Under the pieces are notes generated by a model. The model worked only from the letters and a program-made list of their open reading frames with translations. It was not told where the DNA came from and searched no databases. Of a stretch of 64,000 nucleotides of DNA, positions 42,998 to 63,224 are shown in pieces. The DNA is taken from NCBI GenBank assembly GCA_043228905.1, contig JBHGNT010000006.1, positions 22,320,001 to 22,384,000 on the forward strand, given 5' to 3'. The stretch comes from Azolla caroliniana. Taxonomy: Eukaryota; Plantae; Polypodiophyta. A program made the translations under genes and the position numbers. Every line of letters begins with the position of its first letter. The stretch's first letter is position 1.

Positions 42998-43744
42998 TGT
43001 CGTAGTGTATTTCGTACACTACGTGAAAAACTTATAAAGTACCGATTTAATAAATATGAAGAAATAGAAGAAAATCTCAAAATAAATAATACATGCATAG
43101 GGCAAGATTCAAACCTTGCACCTCCATGTTAATAATGTAATGTCTTACCATTGCACTGGCATTTCATTAGTGTTTAAAAGTAGATGTTTCACATAGAAAG
43201 ATCAGTTTACCTAGGATAAACTTTAGTTAAAAGAAAAACGCATGCTAAAAGAAAAAAGCTACGCATGCGCATCTAGCGTGCATGAACGTTATAGTTAATA
43301 AAAAACGCACAAGTTACAAAAAGCATGATCACTTTAGATAAAGCATATAATCTATCTATAGGAAAAGCATGGAGTCTATAGTTAGAGAAGAAAAAGCATG
43401 GATTCCTAAGACTCTCTCATCTCTATATAAGGATGAGGAGCACAATGTAAGTGTGGGAAATATTTGGGAAATTGGATATATTTCCTAAAAAACCAATAAT
43501 AAAATAGAATCGTGGGATTCACGAAGTTTTATATAATCTATTTCTTTCAATCTAAATACATATTCTTATCTAAATATTGATTAATTGAATACAATACACT
43601 CGTGGGATTCACGAGATTTTTATCTCTCTTTCTAATAATCTATCCATAACTATAAACTTGTCTCAAATGCTTCCTCTTCCTAGTCCAAAACCCCGGTGGT
43701 TCCCACCCGACTCACGCAATGATCCGAAGCCGAAAGGCACGACA
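42998..43744 (+). mobile_element. Gypsy family A solo LTR inserted in the gag of element D
   Basis: TGTCGTAGTG...GGCACGACA, the reverse complement of 1331-2043. TSD GCGT/GCGC. Carries the A/B box module on minus at 43158-43102. Confidence 0.85.
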
Positions 43745-44613
43745 GCGCGACTCGACTAATGCTATTAATTTTTGTAGCTTCGTTGACACCACGTTTAAGA
43801 ATTTCTTCATTGTAAATCTAAATTAGAAATCGTGTTAAATTTATACCTTCGAAAATTCCTACTCGTGCAAGAATATTGTCGACGGCTTTGTCGATGCTTG
43901 CCATCATCCCTTGATCTCGCATCACTCCTTCCATCATCGTACACATAAGCCTCATTTGCTCCTCCATTTTTCCTTGTCGCCGCCTTCACGTCGGGTTCAC
44001 CAAATATGTCGAGGTAGTTGTGGCTCGTGCGGCGAAGTCGCAGGGACTAAGGTTTAAAGGAGTTGGCTGTATATTTTATATGGCTTGTGCAACAATGTTA
44101 GAATGATTAAGGATAGGAAGAACAAGAGTTAGAAGTAATGTGCGACAGATGAGCATAGATAAGAGATAAGAGACAATGTATGATTGGAGAAGTGAAAATG
44201 CATTATAAGAACAAGCTTTAGATTAACAATACAATATTTTACAATATCGATCACAAGATGCGACCTTTCGTTCGATGAACTCTAGATTTGAACCCTTCAC
44301 TCTAACTTCGAGACACGAGCCTCTTCCCAAATGAGCTAACTTGTTTGTTTAATCATATTATTTCTCTCACTTGCTTTTGATTCTTCTCTTGTTTTCCTTG
44401 CCCCTCTTTATATAAGTATTGTCATGCATATGGTAATGTGTGGGAGGATGGCATGCATGCAATGCATGTCTTTCATGTGATGGATGATCACCATTTGGCG
44501 TACATGCATTACATTGATGCATGATAGCCATCATGCTCATTTGAGCTCTCATGTATGAAAATAGATATAGGATAAGTATAGTGATGGAAATATATCTTTT
44601 GAAATAAATAACC

Positions 44614-44775
44614 TAACTTAGTGGTGAATACCTTGTGCTTGGTATACAAGGTTGAGGGTTCAATTTTCTCAATTTTACTCAATACAATATTCTTTTCAAT
44701 ACTTGTAAAAATAGCCTAGCTTAGAGGTATGTATATTTATGCTTGGTGTATAAGGGTATGGGTTCAAGTCTCTCA
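44614..44775 (+). promoter_or_regulatory. Two tandem tRNA-like A/B box modules in family D LTR
   Basis: TAACTTAGTGG (44614) with GGTTCAATT (G at 44658, 44 nt). TAGCTTAGAGG (44717) with GGTTCAAGTC (G at 44762, 45 nt). Each has an anticodon-arm-like hairpin, CTTGTG-CTTGGTA-TACAAG and TTTATG-CTTGGTG-TATAAG. Confidence 0.6.
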
Positions 44776-44955
44776 AATAATACTAAATACAATATTTAAG
44801 TTCATTTTTATATCGTGAAGCACATTCTTCATGACAACGTGATTTTAACACCATTGCCGAAAATCTTCACGACATCCACCCCCACCAAATGACACATCCT
44901 CCGGTACGTGCCAAAAAGAGAGTGAGATTTCGGCTACGATGATTTAATCCGATTG

Positions 44956-47900
44956 CTACACGTCCTCGTTGACCTCACTCACGTATGCGGGTTCCGCCCT
45001 ACCATCTTCATTGTTGAGGCCATCGAGGTCAGGACCCTCATTTTGTCTTTTCTTGAAGATCTTTACTCTTTTCCCCACAATGGGTATGGCCAATGTTGAT
45101 CTATCTAGCTCCGCAATGTGGTAGGTGGCATTGTCATTGGCACTGGACACCACATACGGTCCGAACCACCTTCTTGCAAACTTTCTTGTTGTTTTGTGTT
45201 GATTGTCAAGGTTGTTGTAGTAGACCAATATCCAATCTCCTTCTTCGATTATCTTAGGACATAGTCGATGTGTCTTGTCGAACCGAATCTTGTTCTTCAC
45301 TCGAGCTGCCTCCATTATCTTTCACACATTTTCTAGATCTTCAAGCCTTCTTTCGAGCTACCTTATTCGTGTCGCTAGTAATTCTTCTCGGGTCATCTCG
45401 CTCTCCCATGGTATCGCTACCCAAGAGGCGATCGTCTTTTCGATAGGCATTACCGACTTCTGCCCATACATAAGCTCTGCTGGCATATACCCTGTCACAG
45501 AACTGTGTGTAGTTCTATCGGCCCACAAGGCATAGGGCAATAGTCGTGGCCAGTTCCCGACTCGACCGTCTCATGCTCGTACGATGGCTTTGATTATTGG
45601 TCCATGACCTCGCTTGATCTTCCCATTTGCTTCCGGATTGTAGGTAGTCGTGAGGGAGAGCTTCACGCCTAATCGTTCAGAGAGCTCCATTGCTTCGCAT
45701 GCATCCAACTCCCCTCGGTCAACCATTATCTTTCCTACACATCCATATCGGTAGACGACCTCTTCCAGTAGAAATTTGCAAACGGCTGACATTGTCTTAT
45801 TTGCCAAGGCGTGACCTTCTACCTAATTTGTCAAGTCTTCTCTTGCCAGTACCAAGTACTAGGGATCGGCAATGGTTCGGTTTAGGCTTAGCCGGTTTGG
45901 CCTTACCCAAGCCAAACCGGCTAAGCCTAAACTGTTTAGGTATTTTCAAACTTGAACCAAACCAAACCAAACCGATCCCTAAACCGGTTTAAGCTAAACC
46001 AGTTTGGGCTAAACCAATTTATGAACCAGCTTGGTAAACGGTTGTAAACTGGTTTGTGAACTTCATAACACAATTCTATTACAATTTATCATTGAACTTC
46101 ATAACACAATTCCATTACAATTTATCATTGAACTTCATAACACAATTCCATTACAATTTATCATTGAACAATCCCCCTCCAATATGCTCCAAATGTAGAA
46201 TCGTTACAAGGCTTAGAGAAAAACAACAAGAAAACATAAAATGAGAAATGCAAGGCAAATTTAACTAATAAATACTTCATTTGTCCCACTCCCATTGGCA
46301 TCGAGACCAGATACACTGTCCATTTGAAGTGTATGGTGAGTGGGTATGTCGGTCGTAACTCATCATGGTGACATATGTTCGAATGTACTTGGTAGTTTTC
46401 GCATGTGGATATGAAATGAAGTACATCTTTGTACATGCTCGACCACCTGTACTTCTCCTTCAACTTTTCAAACATCGCCCATGTTCTCCTATAACCTGAC
46501 CAAGGACTCTCATGGAATTCAGACATCAGCATCGCTTGGTCCCCTCTCTTCACCACTACTCGATGTGGCATTCTTGTCCTTCTCTTTAGGTGGCACCAGA
46601 GGAATCCTCCCTTCAAAAAGTATTGGTAGGCTTTCTTCCGTATTCGTAGAGCCTCCTCCATCGTCCATGAAGCATCTGCCGTCATTATTTTTAAGAATCT
46701 ATCGATCAGTAACCATTCTCCTTTGTACTCATTCTCATTGATGGCGTGCCCTTGTCTTCTGCCAATAGTCGGGCCATCTTGAAGAAGTCGAGGGTGACGT
46801 CTTCATCTTCCGAAACCATGTCACTTTTATTCTTAAATCTGGCCCTAGACACCATGTCAGGCATGGGGTTCTTCTTTCCTGCAATGTGACGGATCTCTGG
46901 GTTTAAAGACTTGATATAGGCGATCCACCTTAGCATAGCCAGATCTGGTGTCGCACACCCTGAGATCATCTTGAGGATTGGGAGATAATCCGTCTCAATT
47001 ATGACTTCCGACCCGATCAGGTAGTCTTTGTCTATCTTCACCACAGACACAATACCCCAAAGTTCTCGCTGGACTTGTGCGTATCCTTGCTATCGTTCGC
47101 TGAGAACTTTTGCTCCGAACCGGATGGCATACCGTGCACTATCTTCTCCTTCTTGGTTGATGACCCACCCGATTCTTGTTGGGCTCGTATCCACAGTCAC
47201 ATAAATCGGCTTTCCTTCAGTATAGTCGGCCTTTCTTAGCGTTGGAGCTTCAAGAAGTAGTTTCTTCAATCTTCGCATCGCGTTGTATGCTCCTCTCGCC
47301 ATTCGAACTTCTTTCTTTTCTTTAGCAATCCATATAATGGCTCGGCGACATGAGCGCAGTGCAAAATCCAAATATTATAAAAGGCACACACTCCCAAGAA
47401 TCTTTGCACCTGTGTCTGGGATATACATTCTTCTCGCATCTCTTGAATAACATTCACCTTCTTAGGAGAGGGTTTTTGTGAGTATGGTCCGCAAAGATGT
47501 CCCACTACTAGGACCTCGCGTTGGCTGAATGCCAACTTTTCTTCGGAGAATGTGAGCATGACTCCTTTTAGTCTCTGTAGCACTCTCTCGCAGTCTTCAA
47601 TATGGTTTGAAACAAATCTTCGACATCCATCTTGATCTAAAGACTCGTCCTTTTCTGATTCAGGGCACCCTTTTATAGGGATATCATTGAGGAAAGGCAT
47701 CGTAATATTTGGGATGCAGTCACTTAGAACTTTATTCATGGCATTTACCATGTGTGCTACAAAGTTGGTTGCGCCTTGAGGTAAGGTGCACATCCATACC
47801 AATCCAATCGGAGTTCTCATTGTTGTGATGTCTTTGCTGTTGACTACTACTTGAAACTAATCGTAGCCTGAGTAGAGATCACCAATAGAATAAATGGACC

Positions 47901-50750
47901 TTCCCGCAAATGCTTCCGCAAACTCATCGATACTTGGACCGATCCCGACATTGCGGATTGTCACTTTATTCACTAGTTGAAGATCTTGTATGAACCTTCA
48001 GGTTCCATTCTTCTTTGGTACCATGAACCACCTATTCGAGTAAGGAGCATTCAACGGCTCCAAAATTCCCATCTCGACCTTCTCTTTCAAGAGCTTGATT
48101 AATTTCGGAATGTGTGCACTTGGGACTGGTATCGGCTTCAGGTTCCACGACACATGTGGTATTGTGAATATCACCACCAGTTCTATTATCTTTAGATCAA
48201 CGCATCCGATTTCATTTGGATAGAAAGCAAATGCTTTCCCATGTCTTTCAAGCATTTCCCAAAATGTGACTTCCTCTTTTGGCAAGAGAAGTTCATCTTT
48301 CCCGACACGAAGCTTTTCTCTTGTCTCTTTAGTGAAGGCATGTTTGATTCCTCTCGGATCCCATAAGCTTGGATCCCATGCAACTTCCTTCATTCTTTGC
48401 CAGCTATCCTCTGGTAGCGAAATAGCAACAAACTTTACCTTCTTGTATTTCAGATTAACTTTGACTTTCTTTGCCATGATACTTCGACTATACTCGTCGA
48501 TGGCAACATACATGTCGATGGAGTTTATCTGAATTGATCGTTGGCTACGAGGGCCCAAGTCCACGACATTCTTCATTTCGCCAATGGTGTCGTAAAATGA
48601 GGCTTCCTCCATTACCCATTTGATGCTTTCATCTCTTTCCATGATTTGTTCTTCTCTTAAGGTTTCCTCGAAGCTTTGCATTCGAGACTTCTCTTCTTTG
48701 TCAAACGTGTTGATTTTGCGCACTCCATTAGGGGCTACACGCAACCCTCATTTTGAAAATTCACAAACTTTTCTATCTTCTTGGGGCATACACTTGTTTG
48801 GACTATTCACCCCCTCTTGCAAATATCCCATCCTAAAAATCTGAAGCATCTTCTCCGAGACAATCCCGATTCCTTTCGTGGTTGGCACGTACAATCAAGA
48901 ACTGTACGACTTTCTTCCCATCAGGACTCCTTACTCGAGCAAATGCCGCACCATTGTCAAACACTTTGGTTTGCATCAGGGATGAAGTTATGTATGGTTG
49001 CCCAAGAATGATAGGATGGGACGCCGAATCTTGAACAAAAAACTGTTGATCTATCACAACATCGCCAATCATGATGGGGATATTAGGACATGCACCATAC
49101 AAGTCTTTGGTAGCTTTCATAGCCGCACGTATCTTCCACCCATGATTTGTATTTATGGGCCATCTTCCCTTTTTGTAGACCTCAGTCGACATAAGGTTGA
49201 TCTCGAACCCATGGTCTATTAAAGCTACAACTGTCTCTTTTCTCTCTCCCAACTTTACTGGCATCGCCGTCGTCGTTCGTGCCCAATGAGGCCGAGTATA
49301 GTGGATGTCCACCATATCTTAATTGACCTCGCCCCTTCCCATCGTTATGGCATTCACTTTTGGTTTTAGTGGCTTCTCTTCTTCCTCGTCCGACTATTGC
49401 CTTTTTCTCTTTACGAGGTCCATGATCGTATCATGGAACTCCTTCATAATGCTAAGAAATTCCCTCAAGGACAAGGTCACGTGGCTATCAAGAACAAGTT
49501 CCTCGAGAATCTTCTTTAGGTCTGTCATTTGTTCTATGTCGGACCTTAGTTTATAGGTAGGCATAGTTCTTGTCTTTCGAACGGGGTCTTCGACATCAAC
49601 CTCACGGGCCGAACCATTTCTTTGACTCATTTGCTCGACTCCCCTTTCCGGCTCGAGTCTCCATCCTCCGTTCGTAAAGCTCGACTTGCTTCTGCATCTT
49701 CTTTCTTTTTCGCGCTCCTTGTTTCATGTCTTTTTTATGAGCTATCTTGCCCTTCCATTCTTTTTCTCTTTTCATCCGCAAACACCTTGTGGTTGTCACA
49801 CATCACTTCCGCGAGTATGGTGTTGCCATCTACCGGATCCGACCATCCGGTGATACTTTGTACACTTCGGTCCACAAGCTCTACATCGTCTGAAGTAACT
49901 TTGCCCTTCTTCTTCCACTCGAGAACAGAAGACCAAAACTTTGTTCCCATTCTAGCAACTTCATTTTTATCTTTCCCGACTCTTAATCCGGCCAATGCAT
50001 CATAGTGCATCACATCCACATGAGTCACCTCAACATCTTCCATAGCTTCCTTCATTCCCCCTCTTCCGAAATTCACCCGCATGGGTCTTTGAGTCTCACT
50101 CAAGCAGATCATGTTGTCATCCATGTATACAATATTTTGTCGGATGGCCTCTCGAAGGATCGCACACTCCCTTCTCATGTGGTCCATGCTATCGCACCAC
50201 ACACATCTAAAGGGTTCTTTTCCTTTCGGCCCCTGGCGATTCATGTTTGCTAGTGTGACCGTCTTGAACTTCTTTGCCAGTTCTTCGATGATGTCATCAT
50301 CAATCTTCTTTTCTTCCGGGTTGCTTTGTTTGGGCGGCTCAGCCACTTTTGGTTGTCTCATTTTCTCCCCAACTCAATCTTGCCAAGTCAGTGTCATCAA
50401 CCCATTGATGACGCTTGTCGAGCTTGTTGCACGCTCACTTCACCGCAATCCAGTCTGCCACAAGCCTATTCGTTTGGGTATCATCTTCGAGGAGAGTCCC
50501 CAATTCTCATCTATCCTTCATATCGACAACTTTTAGGAAGTACAAAGGCTTGTCCTCCTCAAGTAGCACTTGGTCCGTGGCGGGGAGACGACTAAACATC
50601 TAGTCGAACTCGTCGTACACCCTCGAGGCGCTCATCTTCTTATTCTTCTTCTCTATCCACTTCATCAAGACATGTCGAGTCATCCTCAACAAATCTTCCA
50701 TCACGAATTCCGCTAATATTGCTTTCTCAAACTCGGTCCATGTTGTCTTC
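44956..50750 (-). pseudogene. Family C gag-PR-RT-RH-INT, fragmented
   Basis: Gag knuckle CVWCDSMDHMRREC, protease ALIDHGFEIN, RT LPQGATNFVAHM and FLNDIPIKG, RH VTVDTSP and IIETD, integrase HESPWSG...C..YQ, YNPEANGKIKR and WFGPY. Confidence 0.88.
45860..46265. mobile_element. Non-autonomous insertion in the integrase (TAGGG start, AACCG repeats, internal 36-bp tandem x3 at about 46058-46168)
   Basis: Interrupts the integrase reading GQMKYL|VLAREDL. Starts TAGGGATCGGC. GAACTTCATAACACAATTCCATTACAATTTATCATT is repeated three times. Confidence 0.6.
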
Positions 50751-50760
50751 CCTTCTTTCT

Positions 50761-51090
50761 TGGTGAACCCGACGTGAAGAAGCAGTAGGAAGGATCAAGA
50801 CGAGGATCGACCGATACTTGGAGATGGCATCCCCAAGAAATCAAGTGGGAGAGTTCGAAAGGATGATGGTAATCGTCAAACAAATGATGAAATCTCGGGA
50901 CAACGATGCGAGCGTGGAGAAGGCCATCGACCGTGTCGTGGAGATCGAGGGTCGATTTGGTGGAAGGAACATTACGAAGTTCCTTGAGGCATACAAAAGT
51001 GAGATGAGTAAGAGGGACGTGTCTGAAGCACGTCAAATCTCAAGTTTCAAGAGAGTTGTCGCTAACAACCTCCAAAGACGAGTCATTAAA
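50761..51090 (+). other. Inverted PBS + gag N-terminal segment of element C
   Basis: TGGTGAACCCGACGTGAA on the plus strand at 50761, then the gag start (ORF 50818: MEMASPR...LQRRVIK), while the adjacent LTR and the rest of gag are minus-oriented. Confidence 0.8.
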
Positions 51091-51579
51091 TGTCGAGGAA
51101 ATCCTCACGTGTTCACAAAATGAAGCGGGACCACCGGGGTCCTAGACCGGAAGGATTCGAAGGTTGCACTAGCTTTAGCGAGAAAATATTTAAGATAGAT
51201 ACAAAGATATTGAGAGACGACGATTCCAATTATGAGACAGATTGAGGGAGAGAGATTGAACCCTTGACTTCAATTTTGAGAGACAAGATACATCACCAAT
51301 AAGATAACTAGATTTTATTATTGTATTCTTGATTCAGTACATAGCTTCCCCTCTTTGATTCTTTTTCCTCCACTCTTTTATAGATGTCCCCATGCATATG
51401 ATACATGTCAGGGTGTAAGACATGCATACAATGCATATAATGCATGAAATGCATGCGATACATGTTTGCCACTTGGCGCTCATGCGTTACATGTGATGCA
51501 TGATGTTCATGTCGCTCATCGAAGCTCTCATGTATGAGAATTTACATGTGAAAAGTATAATAATGAAAATAAACTTCCT

Positions 51580-51634
51580 TAGCTTAATGGTATGTCAATT
51601 GTCTTCTATCTTGGGGGTGTAAGGTTCAAAAACC
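51580..51634 (+). promoter_or_regulatory. tRNA-like A/B box module in family C LTR
   Basis: TAGCTTAATGG at 51580 and GGTTCAAAAAC with G at 51624 (44 nt). The other C LTR keeps a consensus A box TGGCGTAGTGG at 35602. Confidence 0.5.
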
Positions 51635-52168
51635 ATGTGCATATTAATGTGTTAATATACAACTATAACCATCACCCCTTTCATGCATGTGCACATTGCA
51701 CCTTCTCGGGTTTCTCCTTTCCACGTGATTTTCACACCGTTGCCGAAAATCTTCATGACAACGTCCCTCTTTTCTTCAATTTTCTACATCTGCTCGAAAG
51801 ACCTACAACTCAGCAGCTTGAGCCGACCATTCATTCCATCCGCGAGCGAGTGCTTCTTCGACTTTTTGTTTGCCACTAGTGCCTTCACTCGGGTTTCGCC
51901 CATTTCATATTTGGCACGGAGGGTGTCCAGTTCTTCTTTCACAGTTGCGGCTTCCCGTTCAAGCTTAGCTTTAAGGATCTTGCACGATACGGTAACTCCG
52001 GCGAGCTTTTCTTCCATTTCCTTCATATGTAGGTCGTAGCGACAAAGGAGTCGATTTGAATTATTGGCTAACTCCTACAAATATCGGTCACGTTGTTGTT
52101 CGAGTTCTAGTGTCGCGGAGATTTGCAATTGGTGGAGGGATTCCGACAATGTATATTTCTCCTGCTCT

Positions 52169-52249
<81 letters not shown>

Positions 52250-52399
52250 CGTAACCCCCTTGGGAGGGGGGTGGAGCCGTTCTAGGCTTCACCCCCCACC
52301 CATTAACAATGGCCAATCCTACTTGCTTGTAAACTAGGATTTCCCGCCAGGCAACCATTTATCTTGATACTTCAAGATCAATGGATGTTGGAAATGTTG

Positions 52400-53450
52400 A
52401 GTGGTTGACCCTAAACAATTCTTGGGAAATCCACTCAACGTTTAAAACAAACCAATTCGGTCTACCATTATATGCAGTTGTTGCCCCCCATGCCATGGGA
52501 GTTGGGATCTCGTTATGGTACATGCTTTGTAGTTCTAATAAGAGGTCAAACCATGAGCAAGCTACATTAGAAACTTGCTTGAGAGTCATATTCGCAAGGA
52601 TGCCCATGGTGAGTCCATAATGCGATAGTGATCGATAAATGTTGGACATCATATAACGCCATAACTAATGTGGTTGCAGTTACAGACTATCAATCTTGGA
52701 TAGCTACAAGTGGGCAATGGGCACAAACACATTGTCAACTTTTTGTTATGTCAGTTTCACGCCAAAAATCATGCGTGGACAAGTTGTCGCCAAAAAGTAA
52801 GTGCAATTGAAAGAACCCATTTTATCAATGAATGTGCCAACTCATGCAATGCATTACTGAATTCACATTCAATGCAATGTGTGAGGATTTAAAGGTAGAA
52901 TATGTAGACAAGCCCAATGTTTGGCAATATATATTTGAGGGAGGATGATGTGGTTTGACATGTGTGTGGAGGAAACTATGGCCCAAGTTTGGTAGAATGT
53001 TCAACTATGGACATGTTGACACCACCAATATTGTGGAAAGACATGGGTAATTATCGAGTATACTACCTTGAGAGGAAGAATAAACCAATCAATTATTTAC
53101 CTTGGGCATGTCTTAATCAGGGACAGTGAAATTAGCACTTGCATCGAAGGAACGATCGTAGAATGGTACAAGCAACAACAAGAAATATGTGAGAACGGTT
53201 TATTTGCACCCTGTGCAATTTGTAGGGATCAAAGGTCCTAACTTAAAGAGGGCGAGAGGATATTGGAAAGGTATGTCGACGATTCTTCCACAATGCATAT
53301 TGTGGACGAGTCCCACTCTATGGTATAATGACCACGACGACTACCACTCTATGGTATAATGTCTCACTGCTATGCTCATATTGTGATTGTCAAGACCTTT
53401 GCTACTAAATGTAAGCATTTACTCGATATCCAAATGATTATTGAGAGGCA
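52400..53450 (+). pseudogene. Mutator/MULE-like transposase remnant
   Basis: Fragments IDKCWTSYNAI (52628), LCQFHAK (about 52746), WPKFGRMFNYGHVDTTNIVERH (about 52980-53045) and a SWIM-like CKHLL (about 53410). Many stops and frameshifts. Confidence 0.6.
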
Positions 53451-54226
53451 TATGCCACATTTATGTGGCTTGTTGCCTTTTATAGATCACGCAACCCAAA
53501 TGTGAATGGACCACACCACAAAAATAGAAGTGAAGGGAGAGATAGAAAGAGTTGAGGAGACAGAGGTAGAGCGAGTCAGGGAGACAACCCCTACAACATC
53601 AGAGATGAAATCGTGGAAGTCCAAAATACAAATGGCAAAGGAAGCTATTCAATGTCCCCAAACACTTCCAAATCCCACATTGGAAAACTATAGAGAGGTG
53701 CAAGTCGGGCTAGGTGGCGATTGCCAATATGTGATATGAGAAGGCTTGGTGTTTGCCTTGCAATGGCTTGACCTTGACTTCAAGGGACTATTATTACATG
53801 TAAAAATTGTGGTTGCATTTTGCCATCATCCCATGAGCAGGTTCGGTGTTTGCATTGCAGTGGCTTGACCTGGACTTCAAGGGACTCTTTTGTTACATGT
53901 TGTAAAAATTGTGGTTGCATTTTGTCATCATCCCAACATGAGCCATAATCTTATGCAACGTGTGTATTCAGATTTCATTTTAGGGTTTTTGGCTTGGATT
54001 ATTCCCATTGTCGACATTTGACGTTTTAATCTTTTATATAAGCGTTATCTGAAACTTTAAGTTGATTTGTTATTTGAAGCTTGGAGTCATAAGTTTGTGT
54101 GATAGAGTTTTTCCTTTTGTGCAATTGGAAGTTTAGGTTTTTTTTTGAGTAATTTTTATGTAACATTTTCATGGCAAATTTTTGTTTTACACTAAGATGT
54201 TTTTGGAGTTTTTGATGTTTGTTTTT

Positions 54227-54390
54227 GAGTCGGGCTCTTGCCCTAGGTTAGTTGTGCTCTTGATATGAATCAGGCTCTTGCCTGAGTCAATCAGGCTCCT
54301 GTTGTCAACAGAGGCTGTCAAATAGTCGGGCTCCTTATGACAGAGTTGGGCTCCTGGTGTCAGAGGCTGTCAGAGAGTCAAGCTCCTGGT
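54227..54390. repeat. Six copies of a GAGTCGGGCTCYTG-like motif (possible DNA-transposon subterminal repeats) upstream of VPS4
   Basis: gagtcgggctcttg, gaatcaggctcttg, caatcaggctcctg, tagtcgggctcctt, gagttgggctcctg, gagtcaagctcctg. Confidence 0.55.
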
Positions 54391-54793
54391 GATAGACATT
54401 ATCAGCTTTTTATCCACATCGGACGATGTAGATCGCACATGCCTTCACCTGAGCGACCTTCACCGTTCGTGTCCGCGATTCCCTCACTTGCCCTCTTTAA
54501 TATTTGGTAGTAGTTAGACACGAGCTACATACATACATGTACATACATACATGCATACATACATACATACATACATGATATACATGTATACTTCCTATAT
54601 GTATACATACATACATACAAGATACCTTCAATTTCAAAGTATGGTTTCTCTCTCTATTTGTGGGTTCTTCTTCTTCGTTAATTTTGTCATTTTTCGTCGT
54701 CTGTGATTGTGGGTCTGTTTTTCTCTTCATCTTCTTTTGGTGGCTTCTTCATTTTTCTTCGTTGATCTGGTGGTGCAGAGAGATCCTGATGCC

Positions 54794-63224
<8,431 letters not shown>

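Larger units (their letters stand above)
35928..44836 (-). mobile_element. Ty3/gypsy family D element nested in the family C LTR (5' LTR 44007-44836, Trp PBS 43985-44002, 3' LTR remnant about 35928-36041)
   Basis: Both LTRs start TGTCGAGGTAGTTGTGG. Perfect 4-bp TSD ACGT (35924-35927 and 44837-44840). Gag ORFs 42729-43019, 42378-42650 and 41694-42314, protease IDHGSEIN 41259-41558, RT fragments 39695-40942 (LPQGATNSVAHM, FLDDVPIKG). Confidence 0.85.
35158..51760 (-). mobile_element. Ty3/gypsy family C element (5' LTR 51091-51760; 3' LTR split into 35158-35927 + 44837-44874 by element D)
   Basis: Both LTRs begin (T/A)GTCGAGGAAATCCTC. The 5' LTR reads TTTCCACGTGATTTTCACACCGTTGCCGAAAATCTTCATGACA, which joining 35927 to 44841 reconstitutes. 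PPT-like TGGTGGGGGTGGA at 44887-44875. Internal gag-PR-RT-RH-INT. Outer TSD not recognisable. Confidence 0.8.

Noticed and set aside
43985-44887. Tandem elements sharing one LTR (PBS on one side, PPT on the other)
   Set aside because: Better explained by element D inserted into the C LTR: ACGT TSD, and 44841-44874 continues 35927.
46058-46168. 36-bp direct repeats resembling a CRISPR array
   Set aside because: Head-to-tail with no unique spacers, in eukaryotic context inside a TE insertion, and no cas genes.
51784-52026. Coiled-coil-like 80-aa ORF
   Set aside because: Short, next to an LTR, with no recognisable family or splice structure. Cannot be supported as a gene.
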